Assembly: GCA_047495785.1 (NCBI GenBank)
Contig: JBLDXI010000017.1
Coordinates: 372,001 to 436,000 of the forward strand
Length of the DNA: 64,000 nt
Source: Lepidodermella squamata
Taxonomy: Eukaryota; Animalia; Gastrotricha
Reading direction: 5' to 3'
The notes under the pieces were generated by a model, which searched no databases, was not told where the DNA came from, and worked only from the letters and a program-made list of their open reading frames with translations. Both the position numbers and the translations under genes were made by a program. This document shows, piece after piece, positions 13,377 to 25,956 of this stretch (position 1 is the stretch's first letter; each line of letters starts with the position of its first letter).

Positions 13377-14840
13377 TTAGGAAGCATTCAACTGCTCTGC
13401 GGCTTCTTTCGCTTTCTTCTTGTCCTTCCGACTGCCCATCAATCTCAGCGACATTGATCTTCTTGCAGGTGTGGTGATCTGCTTGTACACAACAGACTTC
13501 ACGACGCCAACAGCAACAGTTCTCCGATCATCGCGAACCGCAAATCTGCCTAACGTAGGATAATCACTGTAAGGCTCAACACAGAGAGGTTTCGCGGGAA
13601 CGAGGGTAATAATCGCAGAATCGCCCATTCGGATACAACTAGGTTTCACTTCGATAGTCTTATTTGTCCGATGGTCGATTTTTTCCTTCAGCTCGGCAAA
13701 AGTACACACAACTTGGGCAGTGTGGCAGTCGAAAATGGGCGCATAGCCAGCCGTTATTTCACCCGGATGGTTGAGTACAATAATTTGAGCTTCGAAAGAT
13801 TCAACAGCCCGCGGCGGATCAAAAGTTGAGTCGCCAACAACCGAACCCCGGCCAACCTCCTTCGAAGACACACCACTCGTATTGAAGCCAACTGTATCGC
13901 CTGGGAATGCTTGCTCAAGTGTTTGCCGGTTCATTTCAACCGTTTTCACCTTCGAGGTAACTCCAGACGGAGCAAACGTAATATTCATACCAGGTCGTAG
14001 AGTTCCAGACTCGATGCGTCCGACCGCGACTGTTCCAACTCCACTTATTTTGTAAATATCTTGCAAAGGCAGCCTCAAAGGCTTAGAATCGGGTCGGTTA
14101 GGAGGGCTTATAGAATCTAACGCATTAAGGAGGGTCGTTCCAGTGAAAAACCTATCGCAAGACTCGGCGCCTAAACACCCTCGCTTCGTAATTTTGAAAC
14201 CTTTCCACCAACTCGCCATATTTGAACTGGGTTCGACAACGTTATCGCCATTGTAGCCGGAAATAGGGACAAAGGGAACCTCGGCAGGGTTATACCCCAA
14301 GCTACGAAGGTAATCAGAGACGTCTTTTGAAACTTTTAGGAATCGGTCTTCACTAAATGGAGGCTCGGTCTGATCCATTTTGTTGACGGCAACTATGACC
14401 TGTTTCACTCCCATGGTATAGGCTAATAGCGCGTGCTCTCGCGTTTGCCCGTGATCGGAAAAACCAGTTTCGAACTCGCCACTAGTTGCGGAAACCACCA
14501 GCATAGCTGCATCAGCCCGGCTAGTACCAGTGATCATGTTTTTAATAAAATCCCGGTGACCAGGCGCATCGATGATGGTCACGTGATACCGCTCACTATC
14601 AAACTTCGACAGTGAAATATCGATAGTAATGCCGCGCTCGCGTTCCGCCATTAATTTATCCAGAATCCAGGCGTATTTGAAAGACTCACGGCCTAGGGCG
14701 ATGGCTTCTTTCTCGTACTTGGCCAGCGTTTGCTTGTCGATGCCGCCGCGCGTGTATATCAAATGGCCGGCTGTTGTCGACTTGCCAGAATCGACGTGCC
14801 CTATTACAACAATGTTGATGTGTTGCTTTTCAATGGGCAT
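13377..14840 (-). CDS. EEF1A: Divergent, intronless elongation factor 1-alpha paralog
   Basis: [42 protein letters not shown] and LGRFAVRD all present in one 487-aa ORF. Confidence 0.93.
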   Translation of the reverse strand: MPIEKQHINIVVIGHVDSGKSTTAGHLIYTRGGIDKQTLAKYEKEAIALGRESFKYAWILDKLMAERERGITIDISLSKFDSERYHVTIIDAPGHRDFIKNMITGTSRADAAMLVVSATSGEFETGFSDHGQTREHALLAYTMGVKQVIVAVNKMDQTEPPFSEDRFLKVSKDVSDYLRSLGYNPAEVPFVPISGYNGDNVVEPSSNMASWWKGFKITKRGCLGAESCDRFFTGTTLLNALDSISPPNRPDSKPLRLPLQDIYKISGVGTVAVGRIESGTLRPGMNITFAPSGVTSKVKTVEMNRQTLEQAFPGDTVGFNTSGVSSKEVGRGSVVGDSTFDPPRAVESFEAQIIVLNHPGEITAGYAPIFDCHTAQVVCTFAELKEKIDHRTNKTIEVKPSCIRMGDSAIITLVPAKPLCVEPYSDYPTLGRFAVRDDRRTVAVGVVKSVVYKQITTPARRSMSLRLMGSRKDKKKAKEAAEQLNAS

Positions 14841-16943
14841 CGTCGATGTAGGTGAATTTATACCAGATGCTGAAATCGTGAAGCTAAATTTTGAATGAAA
14901 AGCTCGTCTAAGAATAAAGGAGAAATATTGTTGAGATATATTTCAATTTTTGAGGAAACAAATTGGACGATATGGAAAAGTATGCCAAATACTTTTTCTT
15001 GATTAATTTGCACCGAATTAAAATTCTCCAAAGACAAAAAAACGCAAAATTTGCGTGATCTAGAGATAAACAATTTGCTTAATGCTATACCTATGTAAAT
15101 AAGTGAATGAGATTCGAAAAGTGGGGAAAGTGGAACTGAGTTTTTTGGAACTTATTTTTGTTGCGCACATGTCTAACCTGCGGCTGTTTTTTATTTATTC
15201 TAGGTGATTTTTTGCCCATGTTTTCGAGGGTGCAAGTGAGAACAATCTCGACAAAAAGGAGTCTTCACCCCTGTAGAACTATAGCATAAAGTATGGCAAT
15301 GGTTCAGCATGATGTCTGAATTTCTTGCTCATCGCGGTTCGATGAAGGAAGACAAACAAAACGTGTAGAGGTAAGAAGCGTTCGTTGAAAGCGAAATGCG
15401 CAGCTGTTGCGGATAGTTTTGTGTTTATACGCGCCGCCAAAAAACGCTCCAGTGGGCGCGTACGTGCGCCGAACTGCGCTCACATTTTTATTACACTCAG
15501 TATTGAGTTCGAAAATCGCGAGAAAAAAATCTAGTTCACTTATTATTACTGGCTCGAATCTCGCTCGGGCGATGAATTGAAAGAAAAAGAGCGAGGGAAG
15601 GTGTTAGAAAATGCGATGAAGTAATGCGAAACCCGGAAAACGGCAAGTGTTATTCTATAGAAGAATTTTCTGGCCTGCCACACCGCCGAAAAATAGCATA
15701 ATATAATACAAAGCAATGCATTAATTCTTCGGTTAATTCTTCTATATTACTGCGTAAAAACACGGAGGTGGGGTGACTATTATAGAAAAGAGCAGACAAA
15801 ATATAAATAAAACTCGTTCCGAAAATCTTCGCCAATTTTTTGCGTCAGGAAAAAACATCGAATAATAAAGGGCCCTATATAGCCGTCAGAATATAAGAGG
15901 GAGTGGGGATATAAAAAATGCGGGAAAAAAAATCGAAATATTATTATCATATAGGGACAAGGTCCTCACTCCAAAAATGAAGGAATAATTTTCGGGCCAG
16001 AAATATTCGTCATCACGACCTCACCATAAGTGTTTTCGATAAATACCATCGTATAAAGAGATGCTAATTGGAATCAATATTATTGAATGGAAAAAAATGT
16101 CGGGTACTATGCCAATTTTTTCTATCCCGCGGTGAGTGGTCACATGATGCTATGAAAGATGAATGATGAAAAATCGCATAAAAACCCTTCCGAAAACTGC
16201 ACTAGTTAACGGATTAATTTCAAGAATCTGGAACCCCAAGGGGCCACTAAATTACATAGGGCTTGTCGACAAAAAAACGCTCGTATATGGTCTGATTGCC
16301 TAATAAAAAAGAGACGTAATTCGATTTTGCAGAAAAAAATGAAGTGCTTTGAGACGTAATCTTTGTCTCGAATGTTTCTTGCCGGATGTGGACAATCGAT
16401 TTCATTACCCTAACTTAAAAATTGCAAGTCGTTCGTATCGGAAAGTCAGCTATCAGCCGAATAAAAGTTCACCCAAAAAGGTCAACGATTTAAACTCGTT
16501 CAGTGAAGACAGCGCCGCTATATTTTGATATGCGAAAATCTTATGGGTTTTTTTTCAGTTTGATCGATGATTCCCAAGTGGCTTCGCGAATAGTAACACC
16601 GCCACGCCCTTTCAGCAAGGTTCATAGCCAGAAAATAAAACTGTTTCAATATCGTGCATTCTGATTAGCGACAGTATGAACTGCTTGCTTGCTCAAATAC
16701 CAAATTACTGCCCTGGTAGTTATAATAGCGGAAGAAATTTTTTCCGGTTCCCACGCTTGGTTGCGCGAATGACATTTTCCGGAATTTCTTACACTGGAGT
16801 GCCCTTCAATGAATGGCCATTAACATAATCCCATCCTAGTTTTTCATAATATATCGGCAGCTATTTCATAAAAAAAATCGCGATAAAAATTTATTTCTTA
16901 AAAAATCATGAAAAATCAGAATAGGAATTCAGTATAGAAATTT

Positions 16944-17935
16944 TCACATGCTGTTAGTGCTATTAGGGTTGTTGAAAAACTCCCGCGGCGGTATGGTATT
17001 AGCCGGGACAATATACGGCCAGGTCGGTCGCTGATACGCAAAATGGTGGTACCACGAATGCAGCCAGTGCAGCTGCGTGTCATGGTACGGCTCGCCCGTA
17101 TAGCCGTAAGGATTGCTCGGAACTCGACGGCCATCTTGGTGGTAAATCTGCGTCGTCGGTTCTTCAACCTGAGAAGGTGGTGGTGGGGGAGGTGGCGGCG
17201 CCTGAGGCGGCGGGGTCATTTCCCTCGCCATTTGCCGCTCTTTCTGCGGTTTTTTGTAACAAACCAGTAGAAACATGAAAATCAGGGCAATGCAGAGGAA
17301 AACACCGCCGATTGCGAACACTATGCCGCAAGCCATGTTCAAAGCGCTGTTTGACAGCTTTTCGTCATTAACCAGCTTGTAATAGAATAGTAAAATGCTG
17401 GTGAAGCATAGCAAAATAGCGATTGAAGTTGCTACCAGGGCTGCGTAGGTTATGTAACGCTGGGTTTTGTCATATTTGCCCCTTGATCGAATCCGGTAGT
17501 AGATGAAAACAACGAGGCCGAGGGATATCAGGGCCAGGGCGGCACTGGTTGCTGATAGGCCCTGAACCACGGCGTATATCGTTTTGCTGGTCGAAACTGT
17601 GAAGGTTACAATGCCGCTGCATGAGCCCAGTGAACCCTTGTAGCATAGGAAAACACCGAATCTTGCTGTTTGGTCTGAAGTCACGTTCCAGTAGGGGCAA
17701 ATGAGGCCAGCTAGAAGAGCTGCAGCTCCAAGAGCTAAGAAACCGAAAACCTGTCTAAATTTCGAACTATTCAAGGAATGCACTCACCTAGGAATACGAT
17801 TGCTAACAAGCAGTAAAAGGAGAACGTTTTTGTCGAAAGAAGGTGGTAAGGATTCGGTCCTCGTTTCTTCCTTCCCCAATCGTTCAGCTGCTGGTAGTTA
17901 GCATCGAACATTTGGCTAGGTCCTGGTTTCTCCAT
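16944..17935 (-). CDS. Claudin/PMP22/EMP-superfamily four-TM protein with Pro-rich C-tail; exon 1 17935-17788, 53-nt intron
   Basis: Spliced MEKPG...FYCLLAIVFLALGAAALLAGLICPYW...FGVFLC...C shows a W-G(L/V)-C-C type first loop and four hydrophobic segments, followed by a PPPPPPP tail. Confidence 0.7.
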
Positions 17936-18736
17936 GATTTTGGCTTTGTTTTGCTACTTCATAAATGTGAGACGTAGCTATGATTCTCACCTGATTTTTT
18001 TCCTGAACGTGAAGCACCCAGGAATTTTGAATGGCTTGTTATTGAGGCACTTTACGCAAGTCGCGTGGTGACAAACCTCCTTTCATTGGAACATGAATAC
18101 ACTTTGAATAACGCGATTCCTCACTTTTGTACATTTGACCCGCGAAATTCTATGCGTGATTCAGGCCGATTTGAGAAAAAATACGATAGAAATGCTCACT
18201 TTAATTCAATTTTATTTCCGACTTCATGCGTCACGAATACGAAATCGTTCAAGTAAAATCAATGAAACCAGTTATTCAGAATATCCTGGAGTCGAGACTT
18301 AGACATTAGATCGCATTTCTTCAACTCACGAAAAAATTACTGACAGAGGCTCAAAGTTGATATTATAAACAAAATTATCAGCATCGTTTTTTTCATGGTA
18401 TAATATAATATAACTCGGATAATTTTTATTTGTGCGGTTATTTTTTGGACGTGGCTATGTGAACCCAGTAAAGTGTGTGTCACGCAATGGCTATGCGTAC
18501 CCAATGTGTGTGGCGTAAAGGCTACTTGAACACAGTGTGTTTGCGTGATTGGCTACTTGAACACACCCACTGTGTGTGCGGAAACGGCTAAGCGTACCGA
18601 CCCCGGTAACTACAGGTTTTTCACTTAATCGGTAATAATGAGGTGATTATTGAAAGCGGAAGACAGAATTCAGTCATTGTGGACCATAGGCTATAAATGC
18701 TGGTAAAACAGGGTCTTGTTAACCATAAAACTTACC

Positions 18737-21700
18737 ATGTCCGAGTCAGTTATTACCAGTCAGTCCGATATTATCAAGGATATTAAGGTGGGCGACCGTT
18801 TTCAGTCGCGCCACGACCTCGTTTATAAGCATTTGCTTACATTTCGAGACGAAGTACGTGAGCCCTATGTCTGCCGCAGTTCCGACACCAACTCGGTGAG
18901 AATCCTCTGCACTCATGGCTACCGTCACAAGGAAAACATCACGTCAGGCGATCGGCCGAATCAACACTTGGGCTTCACCGGCTGCCCAGCGAAAATCCTC
19001 GGCACCGTCAACAAGTCGGGCGTCGTCAAGATCACGCAAGTCGTGCGGTTCCATAACCACGACCTGACCGACGAGCGATGGGCCATGTATTCCTTCAATC
19101 GCCGCCTCGACCCGCAGCAGGAAGCTGAAGTCCTGTCCCATTTGCACAACAACGCCAAGGTGTCGACCGTTGCGCACCATCTGAGCAATGCGACTAACAA
19201 GGTGATTACTGCAAAGCAACTTCACAATTTAGCCCAGGTAATTAGACTTTGTTATTACCCATTTTACCGATTATCTGACCGCGGTTCGTTTTTTCGCAGA
19301 AACACCGGCTCAGCCCCGAGGAGAACGCGCGTGTCCTCGACGAGACCCTGGCCGCCGTTAACGAGGGCGATGGCGTTGTGCGCACCGCCCGGGACGACAA
19401 GGGCAACGTCGACATGTTGTTCATTGCTACAAATCAGATGATTAACGACGTCAACAAGTTCAAGCCGTCATGTATTTTGCTCGACACCACCTTTAAGACC
19501 AACGTCGAGAAGTATAAGTTGTGCACTTTTGTCTACCTCTGCCCGCTGACCGGAAGCACCCGGGTTGCGGCCGTCTCTCTCCTCGCCGACGAACGCCAGC
19601 ACAACGTCAAGGCAATGTTGCAGGAGTTCAAGGCGATTTACGGCGCCGGCCCGTGGTTCTTCATGGTAGACAAGGACTTCGACCAAATCGATCTCTTGCG
19701 CGAGTTGTTCCCCGGCTGCGTCATCCTGTTGTGCATCTTTCACGTGCTAAAGTATATGCGGAACGTCATCGCCACAATTCGCAACAACGACGCCGTCGAT
19801 CTAGTCGAATACAAGACCCAGGTGTTTGATGCGTTAAAAGCACTGATTAAGGCGCGGCGGGAAGAGGCCTTTAAGGAGGCTGTTGAGGCCTGGCGCGCAC
19901 TAGTTCCGCAGCACGTGACGGTGAAAATCGCACGCACGCAGGAGCAATCACTCGCCGATTATTTCGAGCGTAATTGGCTTAATTGCGTCGAGATGTGGGC
20001 ACTGTACGCTCGTCGTGCCTATCCGATTTTGCTGACCAATACAACAGGTCGAGTTGAGCGATTTTTCGGCTCCATCAAGGGCGAGATGTGCGCGCAGTTT
20101 TCGACTAAGCCGCCGATGCCTGTCTTCGTTCCCTTCCTTCTCTCTTCCATTGCGCGCCGCCGGGCCGAGAAGACCGTTGTCAAACGCGCCGTTCGCCGCG
20201 GCGATGAGTTCGAGAAGCTACTGGACGAGGCATCGTACCACATTTCCGAGTAAGTTGAATCTCCCAGTTGGATTTTTAAGTTGGATTTTTAACTTTTTCG
20301 CATTTCAGCTTCGCCCTCGAGCACTTTCATGGCTCGCTCAAGCGATTCAAAACACGCGCCCTCTCTCTGGTTCACGGCGTGGGAGTGCGCGAAAAATTTG
20401 ATCAAGACGACGTCGACTATAGCACGACGCCGGCGAGCTGTAATTGTTCTTTTTTCGCTCAACTCGCGCTGCCGTGTCATCACATTGTTTTCTTGCGCTC
20501 GAAGTTCGAACTGCCGCTATTCGAGAAGGGGCTCTTTCACAGCCGTTACTTCAACGACTTCATTCGCCTCAACAACGCCCAGGCCACTGAGGACACGACG
20601 CCCGGAAGTTTCGTTGAAGCGGATTTCGAAGAGCAGTTTGCGGCCTACAAGTTTACTGAAAATTTCGCAGTGAAGTCGAGGAAGCCGGCCGACAACGCCG
20701 CTCGTTATCGCAAAATTTCGCAACTTACCCTGGTCCTCGCTGATCTCGCTTCTCAGCATCCTAACCGCGTTTTTGAAGGCTACTACAAGCAGCTCGAAAA
20801 GCTGGCTGATATCATCCGAGCTGGGAAGGCGTTCGAAATAATCGAAAAGGTCGGTTTTTCCGTTAAAATTGAATTTTGAATTTATTAGAATTCTGTTTTG
20901 TTAGGATCAGCCGATGCAGCCTCTGGAGACACAACCGGCTTTGCGGCAAGAGCAGCCACTACCGCAGCAACTACCCGAGCCACAGCCGCAACAACAGCCC
21001 GAGCCACTGCCGCAACAACAGCCGCAACAACAGCCCGAGCCACTGCCGCAACAACAGCAGCAACAAGCTATTATTGCACCGATTATCGAGTCACCCGCCT
21101 CCGCGCCCATCTCTCTATCACCACCGCTTCCGGTCGCCTCGGTGCCTGGTGACGTCGAGTGCGCGGTCACGGACGAGCTCGGCATGCGCCCGGCCGACTA
21201 CGACGAGTTGCTCACTACTGCGTACCTCACTGACATTCACATGCACGCTGCGAACAAGCTGTTTGACATGATGCGTCCCACGGGCGTTAATGCCGAGTCG
21301 CCTCTCCTGTCACAGCTTGAATTTTCACCGGCCACAACACCGACGGTTCAGCTGCACCACTGCGGAAGTGACCATTGGGTCGCAACTTCAACCATCACAG
21401 TCGGTCAATTACCACACGGCGTCAAGTTAATGAACAGCCTTGCAGGGCCCATCACCGAGTCGCTTCGAAGACAAATTACCGAGCGCTATTCAACGTCGGC
21501 CGTCAATGGCGAAATTCCGGTGCACATCTTACCGGTGAGCCAACAAGTCAACGGCTACGATTGCGGTGTATACGCGATCGCCTATTGCGTCGAGTTGTTA
21601 ACTGGCAACGATCCCCGGCGCGCACAGTTCGAGGCGTCGCGGATGCGCGGTCATCTTCTACAATGCCTGAAAAATCGCTTGCTCACTACGTTTCCATCAG

Positions 21701-21858
21701 CGCCACGTCGTGGCCGGTTGCCGGCGGTCAAAACTGAACTCCTGGAAGTCGAGCGGGTGACGACGTTTATCCCCGGCGAGCCGCTTGTATTCAAACAAGG
21801 CAAGGACTCTGGCCGGATGAAGGGCAAGCCGCAGAAAGTCTTCAATCGCAAAAACTAG
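18737..21858 (+). CDS. MULE transposase fused to a C-terminal Ulp1/C48-like peptidase (~981 aa); exons 18737-19237, 19300-20249, 20309-20849, 20905-21858
   Basis: Three GT-AG introns (62, 59, 55 nt) join four ORFs in frame (2946 nt). FAR1/ZSWIM3-like C..C..HNH domain; DDE core LLDTTF, MVDKD, CIFH, RVERFF; SWIM finger CNC...PCHH; peptidase motifs HWVA, MNSL, QQVNGYDCGVYAIA. TATAAA ~18692, AATAAA ~21939. Confidence 0.9.
20955..21066 (+). repeat. Coding minisatellite (CAGCCCGAGCCACTGCCGCAACAA-type units) encoding a Q/P-rich linker
   Basis: Translates to QQLPEPQPQQQPEPLPQQQPQQQPEPLPQQQQQQ between the SWIM finger and the peptidase domain. Confidence 0.85.
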
Positions 21859-22270
21859 TTTTTTACTGCTTTCTTACTTTGGTGTTGTTCTGTTTATATG
21901 TCTTACCTTTTTCTAAACAAAATCAGCGGAAAATTTGGAATAAAGAAGGTTCGTTTCCGCTGTTAATATAGTGTTATCCGGTTAAAAATGAGTGTGTTTA
22001 CATAGCCAATAGCGCATACCCAGGTATTAACGCCCGCTGTGTTCAAGTAGCCAATCACGCAAACACAGTGTGTACGCATAGCCATTGCGTGATACACAAT
22101 CCTGGGTTCACATAGCCACGTCCTTATTTTTTCATCATTCATTACTCACCAAGCATCAGATTTTTAGACGAAGAAAATGAGAGACTGTAACAAATATTTA
22201 CACGCCGCCGTTAAGTTTATACAAAATATTACGTGAAAAATTATACATAAAAAGTCATGATGTATTTCGT

Positions 22271-25175
22271 CTACAGCCGATTACCCGGATTTGGCCCGCT
22301 TTGATTGTTGCTACTCGACGCGCTCGAAGTTCGAAGGGTCTGCAACAACCCGCCTGGCCCATTCTGCTGGTTACCCTGGTTAGCAGGAGGTGGATTCTCA
22401 GCATTTGCGTTATTATTGAAAATGCCGTTATTATTATTATTATTATTCGCGTTATTGTTGTTGTTATTAAAATTTTGCTGAAATAAAAAATGACCCTGAC
22501 CCGGGGCGACGTGAGGCGGCAAGACAGCGGCTTGAAGCCCGCCCGGCCCAGCAGCGGCTGGTACAATGTTGAAGCCGCCCTGTTGATTCAGCATCAAAAC
22601 TGCGTTATTGTTATTATTGTTGAGATTGTGATTCGCGAAATTTTGATTCAAATTCTGCTGCAGTTGGCTTGCGTTCAACTGGTTGCTTGGCCCGTTCGCG
22701 TTGTTGCCTAGACTGCCACCGCCGCTCGGCACTGACTCGAAGTTGGGGTCGTTGTTTTGAAATAGCAGCGTCTCTTCGCCGCTTTCGAGCGGGGCAGAGT
22801 CGCGGACTCGCTCGGCTTCTGGCGTTAAGGTGGCTGGGCATTCGAAATGAACCACGTGGAACACTTCATTCGCCGTATTGTGAGTCCCAACGATTTTTAC
22901 TAAAAAAAACAGGAATTTTTCAATTATTCAATTATTAAAGCTGTGCAAATTGGACACCCTAAATATACATGGTTCCAGCAATTTAACACCATAAATAACC
23001 TTCAAAGCTGGAACTTCAACATATTTAGACCCAAAAGTTCGAAAGATTTTCTATCCAAACCATTTGTGATGAATACTTACCGAAAACGATAGGCCGTTTT
23101 TTGAAGAGTAGCGTTTGCCAAGACCGGCAGAGTTTGTGGCGACAATCAGCTAACAATTCCCAATGATGGCCGTCCACGGAAGCTTCGACATAGTACGAAT
23201 ATCTTCGGTCATCACAGTCCCATAGCAACATTTTCATCGAATCAACAATGTATGGCTGCGCAAGTTGGACCTACAAATTAAAAAAAATATTCAGCGATTT
23301 CTGAATATTTCAAATTTTTTGTCATACCATTATGCAGCCTGAATTGAGTTGATGGCAAGTGTAGCCCGAGTCCCAGTCGTAATTGACGTAATCACCGTTG
23401 ATGAGCGCGTTTCGAACGCGACTCACGCCCTCAATAACACTGGCACATCGATTGAGGGTGGCGACGTTCTCTTTCGGGACGATCAGCCCGTTTTCGGTTT
23501 GGCACGGCTTAGTCGAATATAAACACTCAAATGTCACCAAATGGAAGACCCGATTCACGGTATTATGCGTTCCAACGACCCGAACTAAAAAATGCAAATA
23601 ATAATTAAAAATTAAAAGAAATAAAAAAAATGGCTCCATAGAAAATGCTCCTATTTCCAAATTTTTATTTTTATTTTTCAAATGAAAAAAGCTCATTTTA
23701 AAAATGTAAAAAAATTTAAAACTCTAAAGAAGAGAATTTTTAGAATTTTGAATGAATTAAAAATTCCAATTTTAATTGTATTGCAATTTTATTAATTCTA
23801 GTTTCTAAAATTTCAAGATTTTAAAATATTAATCGAGTAAAAAATTCGAATACTCAAGCTTTGGTCACTTATATATCCGGGCACTATAAAACTGCGGTGT
23901 TTTTAATTCATTTTTCTCATTTCATTTCGTAATTCGAAAAATCCGGAAAATTAGCGTACCATATCTCGCGACAACTGGTTCGAATTGAAGGAGCTGCCAC
24001 GACCGGCAAAGATACTGGCAGTGATCGACAACTCGCGTGTAAACATCATCATCAATCGACACCTCAATGTAGTACGAATACGACCGCGGATCTTTATCCC
24101 ATAGCAGCATTTTAACGCAATTTATAATCGCAGGTCGGCCGAGTTTAACGACGATGCCCTGGCCGTTGTTGTCGTCGATAGGATGCCGCGTAAAACCGCG
24201 GTCGAGGTCGTAATTTTCAGTGTTGCCATCCAAGAGGGCGACCCGAATTTCACCCCGTATCACCTGCGCACCATGAGCTATTGTCGCTTGATTTTCATCG
24301 GGCAGCAAAATGCCGCGATGTTGCAGCTGGCTGTACCGGCCTTTGATCTGTATCTCCAACGCGTCCAGAATTTGATTCGGCTCGACTAGCCCGCTCGGCC
24401 GCACAACTTCAAACAGCGAGTCTTGATTCATGAGCGGCAAGCGAACGGCAGTTACAATTTTTCGAACATCAACGCCCGGGTTGTTTTCATACCACCTTAA
24501 AACTCCACGAAAAATATCAACCTCAGCGGCGCAGAACGAATTGCGTGACACAACATTGAACATTGCAGTCTCAGACAATTGCAAAAATCCCTGAAATAAA
24601 GTCATTAAAAATTTATTAAGGAGGAATTTTTCGAAATTTCTTACATCTGTATTAATCACGTTTTCAGCGTTTGTATCGATGAAATTCTCGCATGCCGTAA
24701 CGAGCGGTTCGTGATTGAACAACAACGCCACGTCGTAAATCGCGCAAATATTGTTGAGATTTATCGACGATTTTAAATATTCATACAGCGACTTGACTAA
24801 ATTAGGCACCGTATATTGATGGGCCAAACATAGCAGCTCTAAAATGTCCTCCTCCTTCAGCTCGGATAAATCGACACAGCCCGTGTAGCAGTAGCGTAGA
24901 ATTGCTCGAAAAGGCACGGCCCGCAGTTCTTTCAGTTCGATTTCCCGCGTTTCGGGCAGCGATTCGTGAAGACCGCCGAATAGCAAGGCTCGAAAATAGT
25001 CAGATTGACTCGCTAATATGATTCGGTGAACAGGAAATAGGCAATTTTCGACTTTCAACGTCACATCGCTATGAATCGGATTCTCGAGAAGTTGCTTCAG
25101 ATTGTCGGACAAAAATTTCAGATGTTGAATGTCCGCCAAAGCTGATGGCGATCGCAACTGCTTGTTATCACTCAT
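22271..25175 (-). CDS. BTBD9: BTB/POZ-BACK-F5/8C protein BTBD9 with Asn/Gln-rich C-tail, multi-exon
   Basis: BTB (SDVTLKVE...HRIILASQSDYFRALLFGG), BACK, and two discoidin-like repeats (NYDLDRGFTRH, NYDWDSGYTCHQ, LLWD...RSYSYY). Confidence 0.93.
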
Positions 25176-25956
25176 TTGTATCAAGTTAACATCTAGAAAA
25201 AATCGAAAAAATTTAACAAGTGAATTTATTTTCGATGATAACAGTAGTGCCCGACATGAATTGTTCAAAAAACAGAGAAATTATCTTTTTTACATAGAAA
25301 AACTGCACATAACCGCAAGAAAAAATGACGAGACCGAATCAACAAATCATGACTCTGCATTTCAACCGAACAACAATATTATTGAGAAAAATCCCATGCC
25401 ATGCAGTTAAATTTTTAGAAAAACTATGCAATTTCTTTGCTCTCACAAATTCACAACACGTAAAGAGGAAGGAATTTTTCCCACGCAGTGATTATTATTT
25501 TCATCCATCAAATGAGCCATGGTTTCAATTATTATCATTTTTTGAGTAATTAGCAGCAGAAAAATTAAGGCAGTTTTAATGAAAAGACATGTATTACTTT
25601 TCGAGGTAGTGCAATGTGCATGAAATTGTATAATATAGTGATATATAAGGCGGCGATAATTACAAAAAATCCAAAGCATTATCACACAAATTCAGGTTTT
25701 CAACCGAAAAAATTCAAATTATCACTTCATCAATGCAACAAACAAGGTAAAAAAGCAGGCGATGATTGAATCAATCACAAACTGAATCACTTCTTTCTGA
25801 GAAAGTTATGAAAAAAACAAGAAAATGAGGTAGAGAATTTTTGACTGAGCAAAATCAACTTTTTGTTAATAAGAAATGAGCCCATTTATTTATTTGAGAG
25901 GTAAAATACAGGAGACTACAATTTGATAATACTCAACGCGAATGAAGGCACGATTT

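Larger units (their letters stand above)
18447..22123 (+). mobile_element. Intact Mutator-like (MULE) DNA transposon, 3677 bp
   Basis: The terminal 22 bp GGACGTGGCTATGTGAACCCAG form a perfect inverted repeat, and imperfect similarity continues for about 100 bp. Perfect 9-bp TSD TTATTTTTT at 18438-18446 and 22124-22132. Encodes a MULE transposase. Confidence 0.96.

Noticed and set aside
17751-17787. Ultra-short 37-nt intron in the claudin-like gene
   Set aside because: It breaks the frame. The acceptor 16 nt further on (53-nt intron) restores the first TM helix.
18451-18600. Regularly spaced short repeats resembling a CRISPR array
   Set aside because: Eukaryotic context, degenerate repeats, mutually similar spacers, and a mirror image at the other end of the element: these are transposon subterminal repeats.
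20907-21185. Cys/Gly-rich ORF resembling a metallothionein or keratin-associated protein
   Set aside because: It is the antisense reading of the CAG/CAA/CCG repeat in the transposase linker.
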